Below are positions 17,524-26,942 of a stretch of 64,000 nt of DNA, one piece after another; the first letter of the stretch is position 1, and every line of letters starts with the position of its first letter. The stretch covers positions 1 through 64,000 of the IMG/VR virus record IMGVR_UViG_3300031965_000007; one strand, written 5' to 3'. A program made the position numbers and the translations under genes. The notes beneath the pieces were generated by a model. It searched no databases. It was not told the origin of the DNA and worked only from the letters and a program-made list of their open reading frames with translations. The DNA is from a virus.

Positions 17524-19118
17524 GGATTCGATCTGTCTCGATGCAGGACTTCTTGTCGCACAAGGACACCAAGCTGGTGTTCCCTGATCGCGGCATGATT
17601 GTCGTGAGCGGTCCTAATGGCGCTGGCAAGAGCAGCTTGCTGGAAGCTGTTGGTGTCGGCTTTTGGGGTAAGCCTCTGCGCGGACGAGGTCGTCTTGGTG
17701 CGCGATCGCTGAACCTGTGGGCAACGCCGAAAGGCCGAATCGAGATCGAGACAGACGCACTTCGCGCTGTTCGCACAGCCAAGGGCAAGGTGACGTGGTG
17801 GCTAGGAGCCAAGAAGGCCACCAAGTTCGAAAACAACAAGAAGGCTCAAGAAGCGCTTGAAACTGTGATCGGTTCGCAAGCCAACTGGGCCAAGCGCTTC
17901 ATCTTCAGCTCAGAGGCTGCGCTCTTTACGGCGGGTACGGATGCAGATAGAACACGGTTGATCGAAGCTATCTTAGGCCTCGACGGGTTCGACTCTGCTT
18001 CTGACCGCGCGCGTGAGGATCTTCGCGGCATGCTAGTGAAGCAGTCTACGCGCCAACACAGCCTTGATCTGCAGGAAGAGCGCGCGAAGTTCTTGCGCCA
18101 GCGGCTAGCGGAGTTGAGCGACCTGCCTCAGAAAGCTCGGGTAGGCGTGAAGCTTCTCAAACCGTCGACCGTTGACGACTTTGTGACGCAGCTCGAGTGC
18201 CAGGTAGCCGGCGTGCCTAGCCGAGACGAGCTGCGAGAGGCTGCAAGATCGAAAGCCTTCCTCGAAGCAAAGCTCTCGTCTGCTCGTGCGGCAAGCTCGA
18301 CAGGTACCTGCCCGACCTGTGGCCAAGAGATCAACGGCAAGAACAGCGAGCACAAGCCTGCTGACGTCAAGGCGATCAAGGTCAAGCTTCGCAAGGCACG
18401 TCAGTGCGAAGAAGATCTCCGTGCCTCTCACTTGGAAGCAGAGAAAGCGAGTGCTGAGGCTAGAGAGCTTCTGGCAGAAGCAAAGGATTGGCGTCGCCGA
18501 TGGGAGGAGGCGTATCAGCACCGCGTCAAGCTCCTCGAAGAACTGGAGGACTTAGAGGACGAGATCGACTCGAGCAAAGTCAAGCTCGACGCTATGACCG
18601 AAGTTCTCGAAGAGCAGAAGGCAGCTGTGAAAGTGCTTTCTGTTGGCGGCGTACGCGCGCATCTGCTTGAAGACGCTTTGGCAGGCATTGAATCGATCGC
18701 AAACTCGTGGCTCCAGATGTTCTCGAATGCCGGAGACTACCAGCTGCAGGTCAAGCTCAAGCCTTACACCGAGAAGAAGACAGGCGGTAGCAGGCCGGCG
18801 ATCTCTATCCAGGTAGACGGCGTCGCGAACGGCCAAGGGTATCTTGCAGCAAGCAACGGCGAGCGCCGGCGCGTCGACATCGCCCTTCTTCTCGCTTTGC
18901 CTGAAGTGTCTACGTCAGGTGATCTAGGCGTTCTGTTTTTCGACGAGGTGTTTGACGCTCTCGACGACGAGGGGCGAGACGCGGTGTGCGAGATACTCAA
19001 GGAGATCTCAAAGCGGTGCTGTGTGGTTCTGATCACCCACAGCCAAGCTTTGCGTGCTAGGATTGCGCCGATGGCAGACGCGATGTGGCGCGTTGAGGGA
19101 GGAAAGGTCCATGTCTAA
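17520..19118 (+). CDS. Rad50/SbcC-like ATPase
   Basis: GPNGAGKS, CPTC zinc hook in coiled coil, SNGE signature, FFDEVFD, ITH. Confidence 0.92.
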   Translation: MRIRSVSMQDFLSHKDTKLVFPDRGMIVVSGPNGAGKSSLLEAVGVGFWGKPLRGRGRLGARSLNLWATPKGRIEIETDALRAVRTAKGKVTWWLGAKKATKFENNKKAQEALETVIGSQANWAKRFIFSSEAALFTAGTDADRTRLIEAILGLDGFDSASDRAREDLRGMLVKQSTRQHSLDLQEERAKFLRQRLAELSDLPQKARVGVKLLKPSTVDDFVTQLECQVAGVPSRDELREAARSKAFLEAKLSSARAASSTGTCPTCGQEINGKNSEHKPADVKAIKVKLRKARQCEEDLRASHLEAEKASAEARELLAEAKDWRRRWEEAYQHRVKLLEELEDLEDEIDSSKVKLDAMTEVLEEQKAAVKVLSVGGVRAHLLEDALAGIESIANSWLQMFSNAGDYQLQVKLKPYTEKKTGGSRPAISIQVDGVANGQGYLAASNGERRRVDIALLLALPEVSTSGDLGVLFFDEVFDALDDEGRDAVCEILKEISKRCCVVLITHSQALRARIAPMADAMWRVEGGKVHV

Positions 19119-19623
19119 CGAACTAGCGAGGGTACAGGCTGAGCACAAGCCTTGGCAGAAACGCAACTTCCCAGATCAGCAGGCCTGGCAACCTTTGCTA
19201 GGTATTGTCGAGGAGCTAGGCGAACTCGACGACGCGATCTCTGCTGACGACTTCAAAGGCGTGCTCGACAGTATCGCTGACGTGATGATCTACATCGTCA
19301 ACTATTCCAACCTCCGAGGTTGGAACGTGCAGCACATGTGGGATCTACGCGCATCGATCGACGATCAAGATCCGCTGGGGATGATAGGCAAGCTCTGCCA
19401 CCATCACCTCAAGTGGTCGCAAGGTATCCGCGGCCCTGCGGCCAAACACGAATCAGAGAGCCAGCGGGTTCTACGCGGCGTGCTCGCGTACCTCGAGCAC
19501 GTCTTGCAGGGTGCGCAGGACGAAGCGGACTCTGCTACTGTGCCTTCGATCACGCTAGACGTCTGGGTGAATGAGGTCAGCAAGCGGGACTGGCGAAAAC
19601 CACCTGCACATGCCGACCACTGA
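19111..19623 (+). CDS. MazG-like nucleotide pyrophosphohydrolase
   Basis: GIVEELGEL...DSIADVMIY. Confidence 0.75.
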   Translation: MSNELARVQAEHKPWQKRNFPDQQAWQPLLGIVEELGELDDAISADDFKGVLDSIADVMIYIVNYSNLRGWNVQHMWDLRASIDDQDPLGMIGKLCHHHLKWSQGIRGPAAKHESESQRVLRGVLAYLEHVLQGAQDEADSATVPSITLDVWVNEVSKRDWRKPPAHADH

Positions 19624-19640
19624 AGAGAAGGAGCGGTCAG

Positions 19641-20072
19641 ATGACAACCTGTACCAGACGAATCGAATGGGACGCGGCTCACCGCGTCATGCGGCACGAG
19701 TCGAAGTGCGCCACTCTGCACGGCCATCGGTACGCAGCAGAGATCACGTGCCAAGGCGACTTGGACTCAGTCGGCCGTGTCGTTGACTTCGGCGAGATCA
19801 AGCGGTTGGTCGGCGCTTGGGTTGACGAGGTGTGGGACCACACGACGATCTACAACAGCCTCGACACAAAGCTCGAAGCGTTCTTGCTCGACGAGGTCAA
19901 GCAAGGCAAGCGCGAGCCGTACGCCATGGAAGGCGAGCCTACGGCTGAGAATATCGCAGCCGCATTGCTCGAGGTCGCGAACCTGCTCCTTGCGAACGAG
20001 CGAACTGGCTTGCGCGTGATCAAGGTGCGCGTGTGGGAGACACCCAACTGTTACGCGGAGGTGGTGGCGTGA
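19641..20072 (+). CDS. queD: 6-carboxytetrahydropterin synthase
   Basis: AAHR..CATLHGHRY, VDFG, WDH, PTAENIA, VWETP. Confidence 0.93.
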   Translation: MTTCTRRIEWDAAHRVMRHESKCATLHGHRYAAEITCQGDLDSVGRVVDFGEIKRLVGAWVDEVWDHTTIYNSLDTKLEAFLLDEVKQGKREPYAMEGEPTAENIAAALLEVANLLLANERTGLRVIKVRVWETPNCYAEVVA

Positions 20073-20746
20073 AGACGTACTCTGTCAAAGAGATCTTCTT
20101 GACCTTGCAAGGCGAGGGGTTCTGGGCGGGCACGCCTGCCGTCTTCCTTCGTTTCGCAGGGTGCAACATGTGGTCAGGTCAAGAAGATCACCGGGAACGC
20201 GACGCTGCCGCGAATCGTGCAGAGTGCCCGAAGTGGTGTGACACGGACTTCCGAGATGGCGTGAAGATGACGGCGCCTGCCATCTTGGCTAGGATCAACG
20301 AGGTCACGCGCGGCAACAAGGTTCCTTTGATCGTTGTGTCAGGCGGTGAACCGCTCCTGCAACTCGACGAAGCGCTGGTAGCGTCTTTGTACATGTGCAC
20401 ACGCCTCGTGGCAGTCGAGACGAACGGCACTGCGGACATTCCGCCTATCCTCGCAGCGCGGCTATGGGTGACTTGCTCGCCGAAGCAAGCAGCCAAGGAG
20501 CTACGTCTCAACCCTGCGCACGTGTCGGAGTTGAAGGTTGTCTACCCGGCGTACGATCCTCTGCCTTACGTTGAGTGGCTAGGGGCGTTCTTCCCGAAGC
20601 TCTACGTGCAGCCGCAAGCAACTACGCTCAACGTGGGCAGGTCTTTGCTGGATCGGGACTCGATGACGAAGGCTGCCGCCTTCTGCATGAAGAATACGGA
20701 ATGGTGCCTTTCAGTGCAGACGCACAAGATCGTGGGGCTGGCATGA
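20069..20746 (+). CDS. queE: 7-carboxy-7-deazaguanine synthase (radical SAM, long first Cys spacing)
   Basis: EIFLTLQGEG, RFAGCN...CPKWCDTDF, SGGEP, ETNG, SPK, LSVQTHK. Confidence 0.93.
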   Translation: MKTYSVKEIFLTLQGEGFWAGTPAVFLRFAGCNMWSGQEDHRERDAAANRAECPKWCDTDFRDGVKMTAPAILARINEVTRGNKVPLIVVSGGEPLLQLDEALVASLYMCTRLVAVETNGTADIPPILAARLWVTCSPKQAAKELRLNPAHVSELKVVYPAYDPLPYVEWLGAFFPKLYVQPQATTLNVGRSLLDRDSMTKAAAFCMKNTEWCLSVQTHKIVGLA

Positions 20747-21354
20747 GCGACAAGCCTAGGCTCGGTTGGGACGTTGCGTGTTTGCCTGAAGAGGCAGCAG
20801 TGATCACCTTGCTCAAAGCCATCGGAGAAGATCCCCAGCGGGAAGGTCTCTACGACACACCGAAACGCGTCGTCAAAGCGCTACGCGAGATGACATCAGG
20901 AATGCGCGAGGATCCTGCTGCGGTTCTTGCTGTCACGTTCGACGGTGAAGCTTACGACGAAGTGATCTGCGTAGGCGGAATACCGTTCACGTCGATGTGT
21001 GAGCACCATCTGCTCACGTTCTCCGGCAAAGCAGCGGTGGCGTACCTACCGAGCAAGAACGAAGGCGGCAAGTCACGGGTGGTCGGGCTCAGTAAGATCC
21101 CGCGCGTGGTCGACATCTTTGCTCGTCGTCTTCAGCTACAAGAGCGCATGACGATGCAGATCGCAGACGCACTCACCGAGCACCTGAGGCCCAGAGGCGT
21201 AGCTGTCATGGTGGAAGCCGAGCACTCGTGCATGATCTGCAGGGGCGTTCGAAAGTCTGGCGCGCGCATGGGCACGAGCGTGATGCGCGGAGTGTTCAAG
21301 GACGACTCGGCGTCAAGGGCTGAAGTCATTCAAATGATCGAGAGGTGCTCATGA
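20743..21354 (+). CDS. folE: GTP cyclohydrolase I
   Basis: TPKRV, SMCEHH, GLSKIPR, QLQER, HSCMICRG. Confidence 0.95.
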   Translation: MSDKPRLGWDVACLPEEAAVITLLKAIGEDPQREGLYDTPKRVVKALREMTSGMREDPAAVLAVTFDGEAYDEVICVGGIPFTSMCEHHLLTFSGKAAVAYLPSKNEGGKSRVVGLSKIPRVVDIFARRLQLQERMTMQIADALTEHLRPRGVAVMVEAEHSCMICRGVRKSGARMGTSVMRGVFKDDSASRAEVIQMIERCS

Positions 21355-21695
21355 AGGCCAAAGTGATTGCAACGTTTCATGTCGTCGGCTTCCACTACTG
21401 GCCAAAGGCGCCTGAGGAGGTTAGCTACCTGCAGATCAAGCACCGACACCTCTTCAAGATCAAAGGTGAGGCTGAGGTTGTCGACCACGATCGCGAGCTG
21501 GAGTTCCACACGCTGGGTATGACGATGCGGCGTGCGCTCATTGAGTCCTACCAGCCTCACCGATCGATGCAAGGATTCGACTTCGGCGCGCAGTCGTGCG
21601 AACACATCGCAGCAGCGATTCTTTCGTGCGTGCTTGAGTTGTCGGCGTGCGAAGTCTGGGAAGACGACGAGAACGGATCGAGGGTAGAGCGGTGA
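21351..21695 (+). CDS. QueD-like T-fold paralogue, probable DpdL (CDG decarboxylase)
   Basis: GFHYWP, LQIKHRHLF (LxxxHRHxF), REL-EF, SCEHIA, VWEDDENG; lacks the QueD CxxxHGH motif. Confidence 0.7.
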   Translation: MKAKVIATFHVVGFHYWPKAPEEVSYLQIKHRHLFKIKGEAEVVDHDRELEFHTLGMTMRRALIESYQPHRSMQGFDFGAQSCEHIAAAILSCVLELSACEVWEDDENGSRVER

Positions 21696-22819
21696 GAGTC
21701 CTCTACCTGCCGCTCGAGCCTTACCGCGAGCGCTACACAGAGATGCTCGCCACTTGGACGATCGGTCGCTGGGAAAGCAAGGTCGACCTTGTTGTGGTGA
21801 ACGGAGAGCGCCTTCCGGCTTCGTCCGGCGAGATCGATACTGGCTCGGTACTCGATGCGTACGGACGTTCTTACTGGTCTACCACGCAAGTCGCGGCGCT
21901 GGTGGCTCTGCTGCACAAGCAAGCATGCACCGGCAACGACGCGATCTACATCGACGACATGTTCACACCTGGGTATGAAGCGATCCCGTACATCTTGGAT
22001 CAGCTGCCTTTGGCGTGGAGACCTCGGATCTTTTCTCGCAACTTCGCCCAGAGTGTGGATCCGGATGACTTCACGCATGCCATGCGATCTTGGATGCGGC
22101 CTTACGAACAGATGGTGTGCAACTCCTCTACCGGCGTCTTCGTTGCGTCTTCGTGTCACGCAGAGTTGATGTCGGTTGCCAACTTCGACACGATGAAGGT
22201 GCACATCACTGGCTTGCCGTTTGACGCGGATGACGTTCGTCAGCGATTGGGCAAGGCTCCTCAGCCCATCAACCAGCGCCCGAAAAAGGCGATCTACAGC
22301 TCTCGATTCGACGTCGAGAAGAACCCTCACTTGTTCCTCGACATCGTCGAAGCTCTGCACCACCACACCGAGTTTGTGCTCTGCACAGGTGGCGCAGCTG
22401 TACGCGGCCTTCCGACCGCTGTGCGTAGGTTGCGCCACTTCGAAGAGTTTGGGTGGATCCGTGTCGAGCGCGGCTGTACGAAGGCTCGGTACTACCAAGA
22501 GCTCTCCACATCTCGGGTACAGATCAATACCGCGCTGCAGGATTTTGTGTCGAATACAGCGATCGAAGCGAGCACCTTCGGTACCATCACGCTGGCCCCT
22601 GCTTACCGCTCCTTCCCTGAAGCTTTGAGGAACAACCACCATCAGCTCTTCGTCCCTTGGTCAACAGAGGACGCTTGCAACAAGCTCTGCGCGTTGGTGG
22701 ACAACCCCAGTCGCGTTCAGGACGTAGGATGGCTCTCGAGGGTACAGGACAGGACGCTGGACAGGACGCTAGCCTGCATGAAAGGCCAGCTTTACCCGGA
22801 GTGGTGGGAGGAGGACTAG
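21692..22819 (+). CDS. GT-B fold glycosyltransferase
   Basis: SRFDVEKNP, acceptor/donor-site pattern QDFVSNTAIEA, SFPE; translationally coupled to the DpdL-like gene. Confidence 0.8.
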   Translation: MRVLYLPLEPYRERYTEMLATWTIGRWESKVDLVVVNGERLPASSGEIDTGSVLDAYGRSYWSTTQVAALVALLHKQACTGNDAIYIDDMFTPGYEAIPYILDQLPLAWRPRIFSRNFAQSVDPDDFTHAMRSWMRPYEQMVCNSSTGVFVASSCHAELMSVANFDTMKVHITGLPFDADDVRQRLGKAPQPINQRPKKAIYSSRFDVEKNPHLFLDIVEALHHHTEFVLCTGGAAVRGLPTAVRRLRHFEEFGWIRVERGCTKARYYQELSTSRVQINTALQDFVSNTAIEASTFGTITLAPAYRSFPEALRNNHHQLFVPWSTEDACNKLCALVDNPSRVQDVGWLSRVQDRTLDRTLACMKGQLYPEWWEED

Positions 22820-22824
22820 CGATC

Positions 22825-23316
22825 ATGGACGCACGAGGAACACACCCTGCCGGCATACCGCCGTCAGCGCTCTGGTTTGGTCGGGAAGTCGAAGGCTTCC
22901 TGACCAACCTATTCACTGCATTCGTGGCGCACAGGCTGACTGATCCAGAGACCGACCTGCTCAAGGAGCACGAAGAGGTCAAGCAGCTGTTCTTGACAGA
23001 GACCTTCGGTAAACCAGAGGACTTCGCTTGGCTCGATACGTTGATGCCCTGGATCGCAGGAAAAGGTCTCGCCCTAACGAAAGGCGTGATGAGTCACGAA
23101 GCCGAGTCTTGGATCCGGTATCGAGATGCCGTGTACTGCGGCTCTTCGTGCTCACGGCGCATGACGCTGATCGTCAGGTACTTTGACGCTCCATGGGTCG
23201 GCTTGTTGTCGGACGACGATCAGGTCTCGGTTGGCGTGCCGTACCACATGATCACTTGCCAGGTGTCGAGCTGCGTTCTGACCGAGCCTGGCGAGTACAA
23301 ACGGGATCATCTCTAA
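22825..23316 (+). CDS. hypothetical protein in the modification cluster
   Basis: GGAGG RBS; WFGREVEG motif; TAATG coupling to the DpdA-like gene. Confidence 0.65.
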   Translation: MDARGTHPAGIPPSALWFGREVEGFLTNLFTAFVAHRLTDPETDLLKEHEEVKQLFLTETFGKPEDFAWLDTLMPWIAGKGLALTKGVMSHEAESWIRYRDAVYCGSSCSRRMTLIVRYFDAPWVGLLSDDDQVSVGVPYHMITCQVSSCVLTEPGEYKRDHL

Positions 23317-24302
23317 TGCGGATCTACTTAGCAGCCGTCAGTCAGCTCTACTCGAACGGCGGTAAGAACTGGCCGATGGCCGAGGGCCCTGCACACCTGC
23401 ATCGCGTGCTGCTCTCCTACCACCCAGGCTTCAAAAACAACGAGAAGCTCCAGATCGCTTTGCAGCGCGCTGACGAGCCGATCGACTACTGTGTAGACTC
23501 AGGCGCCCACATCTGGCTGGCGTCGTACTTCAAGCACAACAAGAAGGCACCGATCGCTGAGGTTGAGGCGACGTTGGCTAGGTTCATTGCGTCGATCCGT
23601 GCCATGCCGAGAAAGCCGTCCTTCGTTGTGGAGCTTGATCTACAGCGCATCTACGGTATGGACGTCGTGGACGCGTGGCGTCGGGATCTCTGGCAGCCGT
23701 TCGAGCGCGAGACTGGCATACCTGTTTGCTACGTCTGGCACCGAGTGGACGGGACACCGAAGTGGCGTAGCATGTTAGAGGACTCTGGGATCAACTACCT
23801 AGGCTTGAGCGGAGATCGCTCAATCGGTACTGAGATCCGCGCAGCTCTCGTGCTCGAGGCGTACAAGGCTGGCAAGCCTGTGCACGGCTTCGCCTCGGTC
23901 GACACATCGTGGATGAAGAAGGTTCCGTTCTACTCGGTTGACTCGACTTCTTGGGCAGTCGGTGCACAGGTGTTCGGACTTGCTCCGACCTTTGATCCAG
24001 TGGCCGGCAAGATTCGGCAAGTGCACGTTGGCAACAGGGAGTTCAAGCACGCACCGCGGAAGGCTGCGGCAAACCTCATGAAGGCTCGCAACTTCTACGC
24101 GAGCGACATCCTGGAGAAGAAAGATGGCAAGAAAAACTACCCGCGATTCTTCGGCGCGGCAGGAGACGTCTTCCGCAAACTCGAGGAGTGGCACACCGCG
24201 TGGTGGGTCTCCAAAGGTCTCGACTGGGAAGCTCAACTCCGACGCCATAACAACGTCATTGGCGGCTCTCGCGGTGGACACGTCCAAGCCCCTCGAGTTT
24301 GA
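23316..24302 (+). CDS. DpdA/TGT-like deazaguanine DNA transglycosylase
   Basis: LLSY, VDSGAH, ELD, VWH, HGF, FYSVDSTSW motifs of the TGT barrel; context of folE/queD/queE. Confidence 0.75.
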   Translation: MRIYLAAVSQLYSNGGKNWPMAEGPAHLHRVLLSYHPGFKNNEKLQIALQRADEPIDYCVDSGAHIWLASYFKHNKKAPIAEVEATLARFIASIRAMPRKPSFVVELDLQRIYGMDVVDAWRRDLWQPFERETGIPVCYVWHRVDGTPKWRSMLEDSGINYLGLSGDRSIGTEIRAALVLEAYKAGKPVHGFASVDTSWMKKVPFYSVDSTSWAVGAQVFGLAPTFDPVAGKIRQVHVGNREFKHAPRKAAANLMKARNFYASDILEKKDGKKNYPRFFGAAGDVFRKLEEWHTAWWVSKGLDWEAQLRRHNNVIGGSRGGHVQAPRV

Positions 24303-25065
24303 CAAACACGGGATCGTGCAGATCGGCCCGATGCGCATCGGGTTCGTCAAGCCTGGCGCGGTGTCGCAGCGCCGGGACAACCCGCGAGCAATGAGCGAGC
24401 CTGAGTTGAACGCGCTCAGGTCGTCCATCGACTCGCTAGGCTTCAAGAGCTTCGTGCTGGTCGAAGAGCAGAAGCCAGGGCAGTACGGCATCATCGACGG
24501 CCACCACCGCGTGCAGGTGCTCAACGAGAAGAAGGCAGCGCGCATCCCTGTGGTGCTTGTCGACAAAGGGACAGACCCGAACCACGTCGACCTAGCGATG
24601 CTGAGTTTCAATGTTACTGGAAGTCCGAACGGTCCGGTGTTCGTGGACTTCGTCCGAGACCTCGTGGAGCGCATGGGCACGGAGACCGTCGCCTCCCACG
24701 TGGGCATGGAAGCCGGCTTCCTCGACGACCTGGCCAAGACGATGGACGAGGCGCTCGCCGCCGCCACGGAGGCCACGGAGGCCATTTTGGGCAACGCTGA
24801 CGAGGGTGGCGAGGCGGAGCAGTTCTGGCAGGGCAGGCCGCTCCGAATCGAACTGGCGAATACGCCTGAGCACCGGCAGCTCATTGCCGACGTGCGCCGT
24901 CTATCTGGGGCGGAAACAGACGGCCAGGCTGTAATCGCTGCGATGCAGGCTTACGTGTTGGTACACGAAAGTGCGCAGAGTGCGGCGGAAACTTCTGCAG
25001 ACGTGATCGAGTACCCCAAGCTAAAAACGAAGCGATCGCACAAAACTAAGGGGAAGGGAGATTGA
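24274..25065 (+). CDS. second ParB/Srx-like protein
   Basis: NPRAM...YGIIDGHHR; start GTG 24274 preferred over ATG 24124 (shorter overlap). Confidence 0.8.
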   Translation: MDTSKPLEFDKHGIVQIGPMRIGFVKPGAVSQRRDNPRAMSEPELNALRSSIDSLGFKSFVLVEEQKPGQYGIIDGHHRVQVLNEKKAARIPVVLVDKGTDPNHVDLAMLSFNVTGSPNGPVFVDFVRDLVERMGTETVASHVGMEAGFLDDLAKTMDEALAAATEATEAILGNADEGGEAEQFWQGRPLRIELANTPEHRQLIADVRRLSGAETDGQAVIAAMQAYVLVHESAQSAAETSADVIEYPKLKTKRSHKTKGKGD

Positions 25066-25069
25066 TCAC

Positions 25070-25942
25070 ATGTACCAGGTTCGCGTACTCAGAGAGCCGA
25101 CCATCTTGGTCTTGGCTGAGCAGCAACTCAAGATCGACGGCCTCAAAGGTTTCGTTCGTTACCTGAAGGATCAAGGAGGCTGCGGCATCGCGCAAGACTC
25201 ACCAGCGGACCAGCACCCTGTGGAGGTTCTCTTCAGGCATGGAGGCCGCCGCGAGGTGTCTGGGCAGCTACCCGAGCTTCTTACTGACAACGAGATGCTC
25301 TGTGAGGTGGCCGGGCGCAAGTGTTACAACTCCTTCGGCGAGAAGATCGGCCATAGCGCCAATGATGACTACATCGCCAACATTCTGGGAGCGCCGGGGA
25401 AGATCCCGCATGCGTCGGTCCTCTACCATGCGAAGATGACGTTCTTCTTCGCTGGCATCTCTCGCCGCATGACGCACGAGTTGATCCGCCACTACGTAGG
25501 CGCAGACAGATCTGAAGAAGGTTGCCCTTCGCAGGAGAGCACTCGGTACACCGAGCATCCAGGGCACTTCGTTGCTCACCCTCGGATCCTCGACTCAGGC
25601 GCGCAGCTCATAGCGTTCGAGGACGACATGACGGTTGCCTACAGCCAGTATCGCCGCTACGTGGACGACTCGGTTCTTGCGCACGAGTCGGTACACGGCG
25701 TCGGCCCGAAGGGCATGGACCGCAAACGCATCTACGAAGCTGCGGCCTCGTACCTGCCAGGCTGCGCGTCGACATCAATGGTTTGGACGACCAACCCAGT
25801 GGCCTTGCAGAAGATCTTCTTCGAGCGTTGCGACGAGGCAGCTGACCTCGAGTTCCAGCGGTTTGCAAAGCTCCTCAGGGGCATCTGCCACGACCGTTGG
25901 CCAAACCTGTTCCGAGAGTCGAACCCTGCTGCGGCAAGGTGA
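25070..25942 (+). CDS. thyX: flavin-dependent thymidylate synthase-like protein
   Basis: AGRKCY, HASVLYH, ISRRMTHELIRH...SQESTRY, AASYLP. Confidence 0.8.
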   Translation: MYQVRVLREPTILVLAEQQLKIDGLKGFVRYLKDQGGCGIAQDSPADQHPVEVLFRHGGRREVSGQLPELLTDNEMLCEVAGRKCYNSFGEKIGHSANDDYIANILGAPGKIPHASVLYHAKMTFFFAGISRRMTHELIRHYVGADRSEEGCPSQESTRYTEHPGHFVAHPRILDSGAQLIAFEDDMTVAYSQYRRYVDDSVLAHESVHGVGPKGMDRKRIYEAAASYLPGCASTSMVWTTNPVALQKIFFERCDEAADLEFQRFAKLLRGICHDRWPNLFRESNPAAAR

Positions 25943-26764
25943 TCAGGCTCTCCTACAGAGCGGTCTACAAGTCAGCGCGCCTGGCTCAGGGGCCGTTGGT
26001 CTTTCCTGGGTACGGTCAGGTAAGCCATACGTTGATCCGGCAGGCATTCGTCGGCATTCGTAAGATGGACGTCGTGGACTGCTACTTAGCGCGATCACCT
26101 TACTGGTACGCTGGCAGCTACCTGATGATCGAGTACAGCCGTGTGTTCGCTACACGTGGACGGCTTGCTTTTGCTCTCAAAGAACCGCAAAGAGCTAGAA
26201 ACGCGTGCCATATCGACTACTTAGCGCATTCTGCCGAGAGCGCGTGGCGAAGGAGGGTGATCGATGACACCAGAAGTGATCGACCTGAAGGAGTTCAAGC
26301 TCAAGAAGTACGGTGAGATCACAGTCGCTTTCGGCGTACGGGTGGCGGGTAGATGCCGCCTCACTGTGCGGGATGATCGCGGTACAGAGATCTCGATCGT
26401 TATGCGTCACGACGAGATGGCAGAAATGGCTGCCATGATGCTTCACACCGCAACAGAAGCTTTCTTGAAGCAAGGGGACCGAGGATGAGTTCAAGGACAG
26501 AAATAGAGCTATTTTTGGGTGGCGCAGTGCTCTCATTCTGGCTGATCTGCGAATCTCTAGGCGGATGCAACGTGACCAGCGTGCACACCGCGAAGGTGCT
26601 CAAGTCCGCAGGGTACGCAGAGATCGAGGTAGGAGACCACGCCTGGTTCGCGTGTGCCGACTGGTTCGCTACCGAGTTTTCTGCGGTCGGACCTTCTGGC
26701 GAGCCTACCAATGGCGCTGTCTGCTGCGGCGTATTCAAGAACTGCACGATCAGGATCGACTAGC

Positions 26765-26942
26765 TGCGAACCTGGCCAGCGTTTCGGCGGAGACGTCTCG
26801 GGAGAGATTTGAACCCTAGCCCAAGATTTGCGGAAACGACCGTATCGCGTCCGTCCTCGAGTCGCAGAGCCCCTAAGACGGGATGCTTGTCACGTCGCCG
26901 GAAGGGAAGAGCCGGTGCGTCGAAGCGCTGACCAGATTTGCA
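26765..26942 (+). ncRNA. candidate structured ncRNA (about 180 nt)
   Basis: Intergenic; 5' TGCGAA-c-CTGG-c-CAGCGTTTCGGCG pairs with 3' CGTCGAAGCGCTG-a-CCAG-a-TTTGCA, enclosing several internal hairpins; strand assumed from flanking genes. Confidence 0.5.

Noticed and set aside
24124-24273. 179-nt overlap of ParB with DpdA-like gene as a dual-coding region
   Set aside because: Extension is low-information S/T/R sequence; GTG 24274 gives an ordinary short overlap
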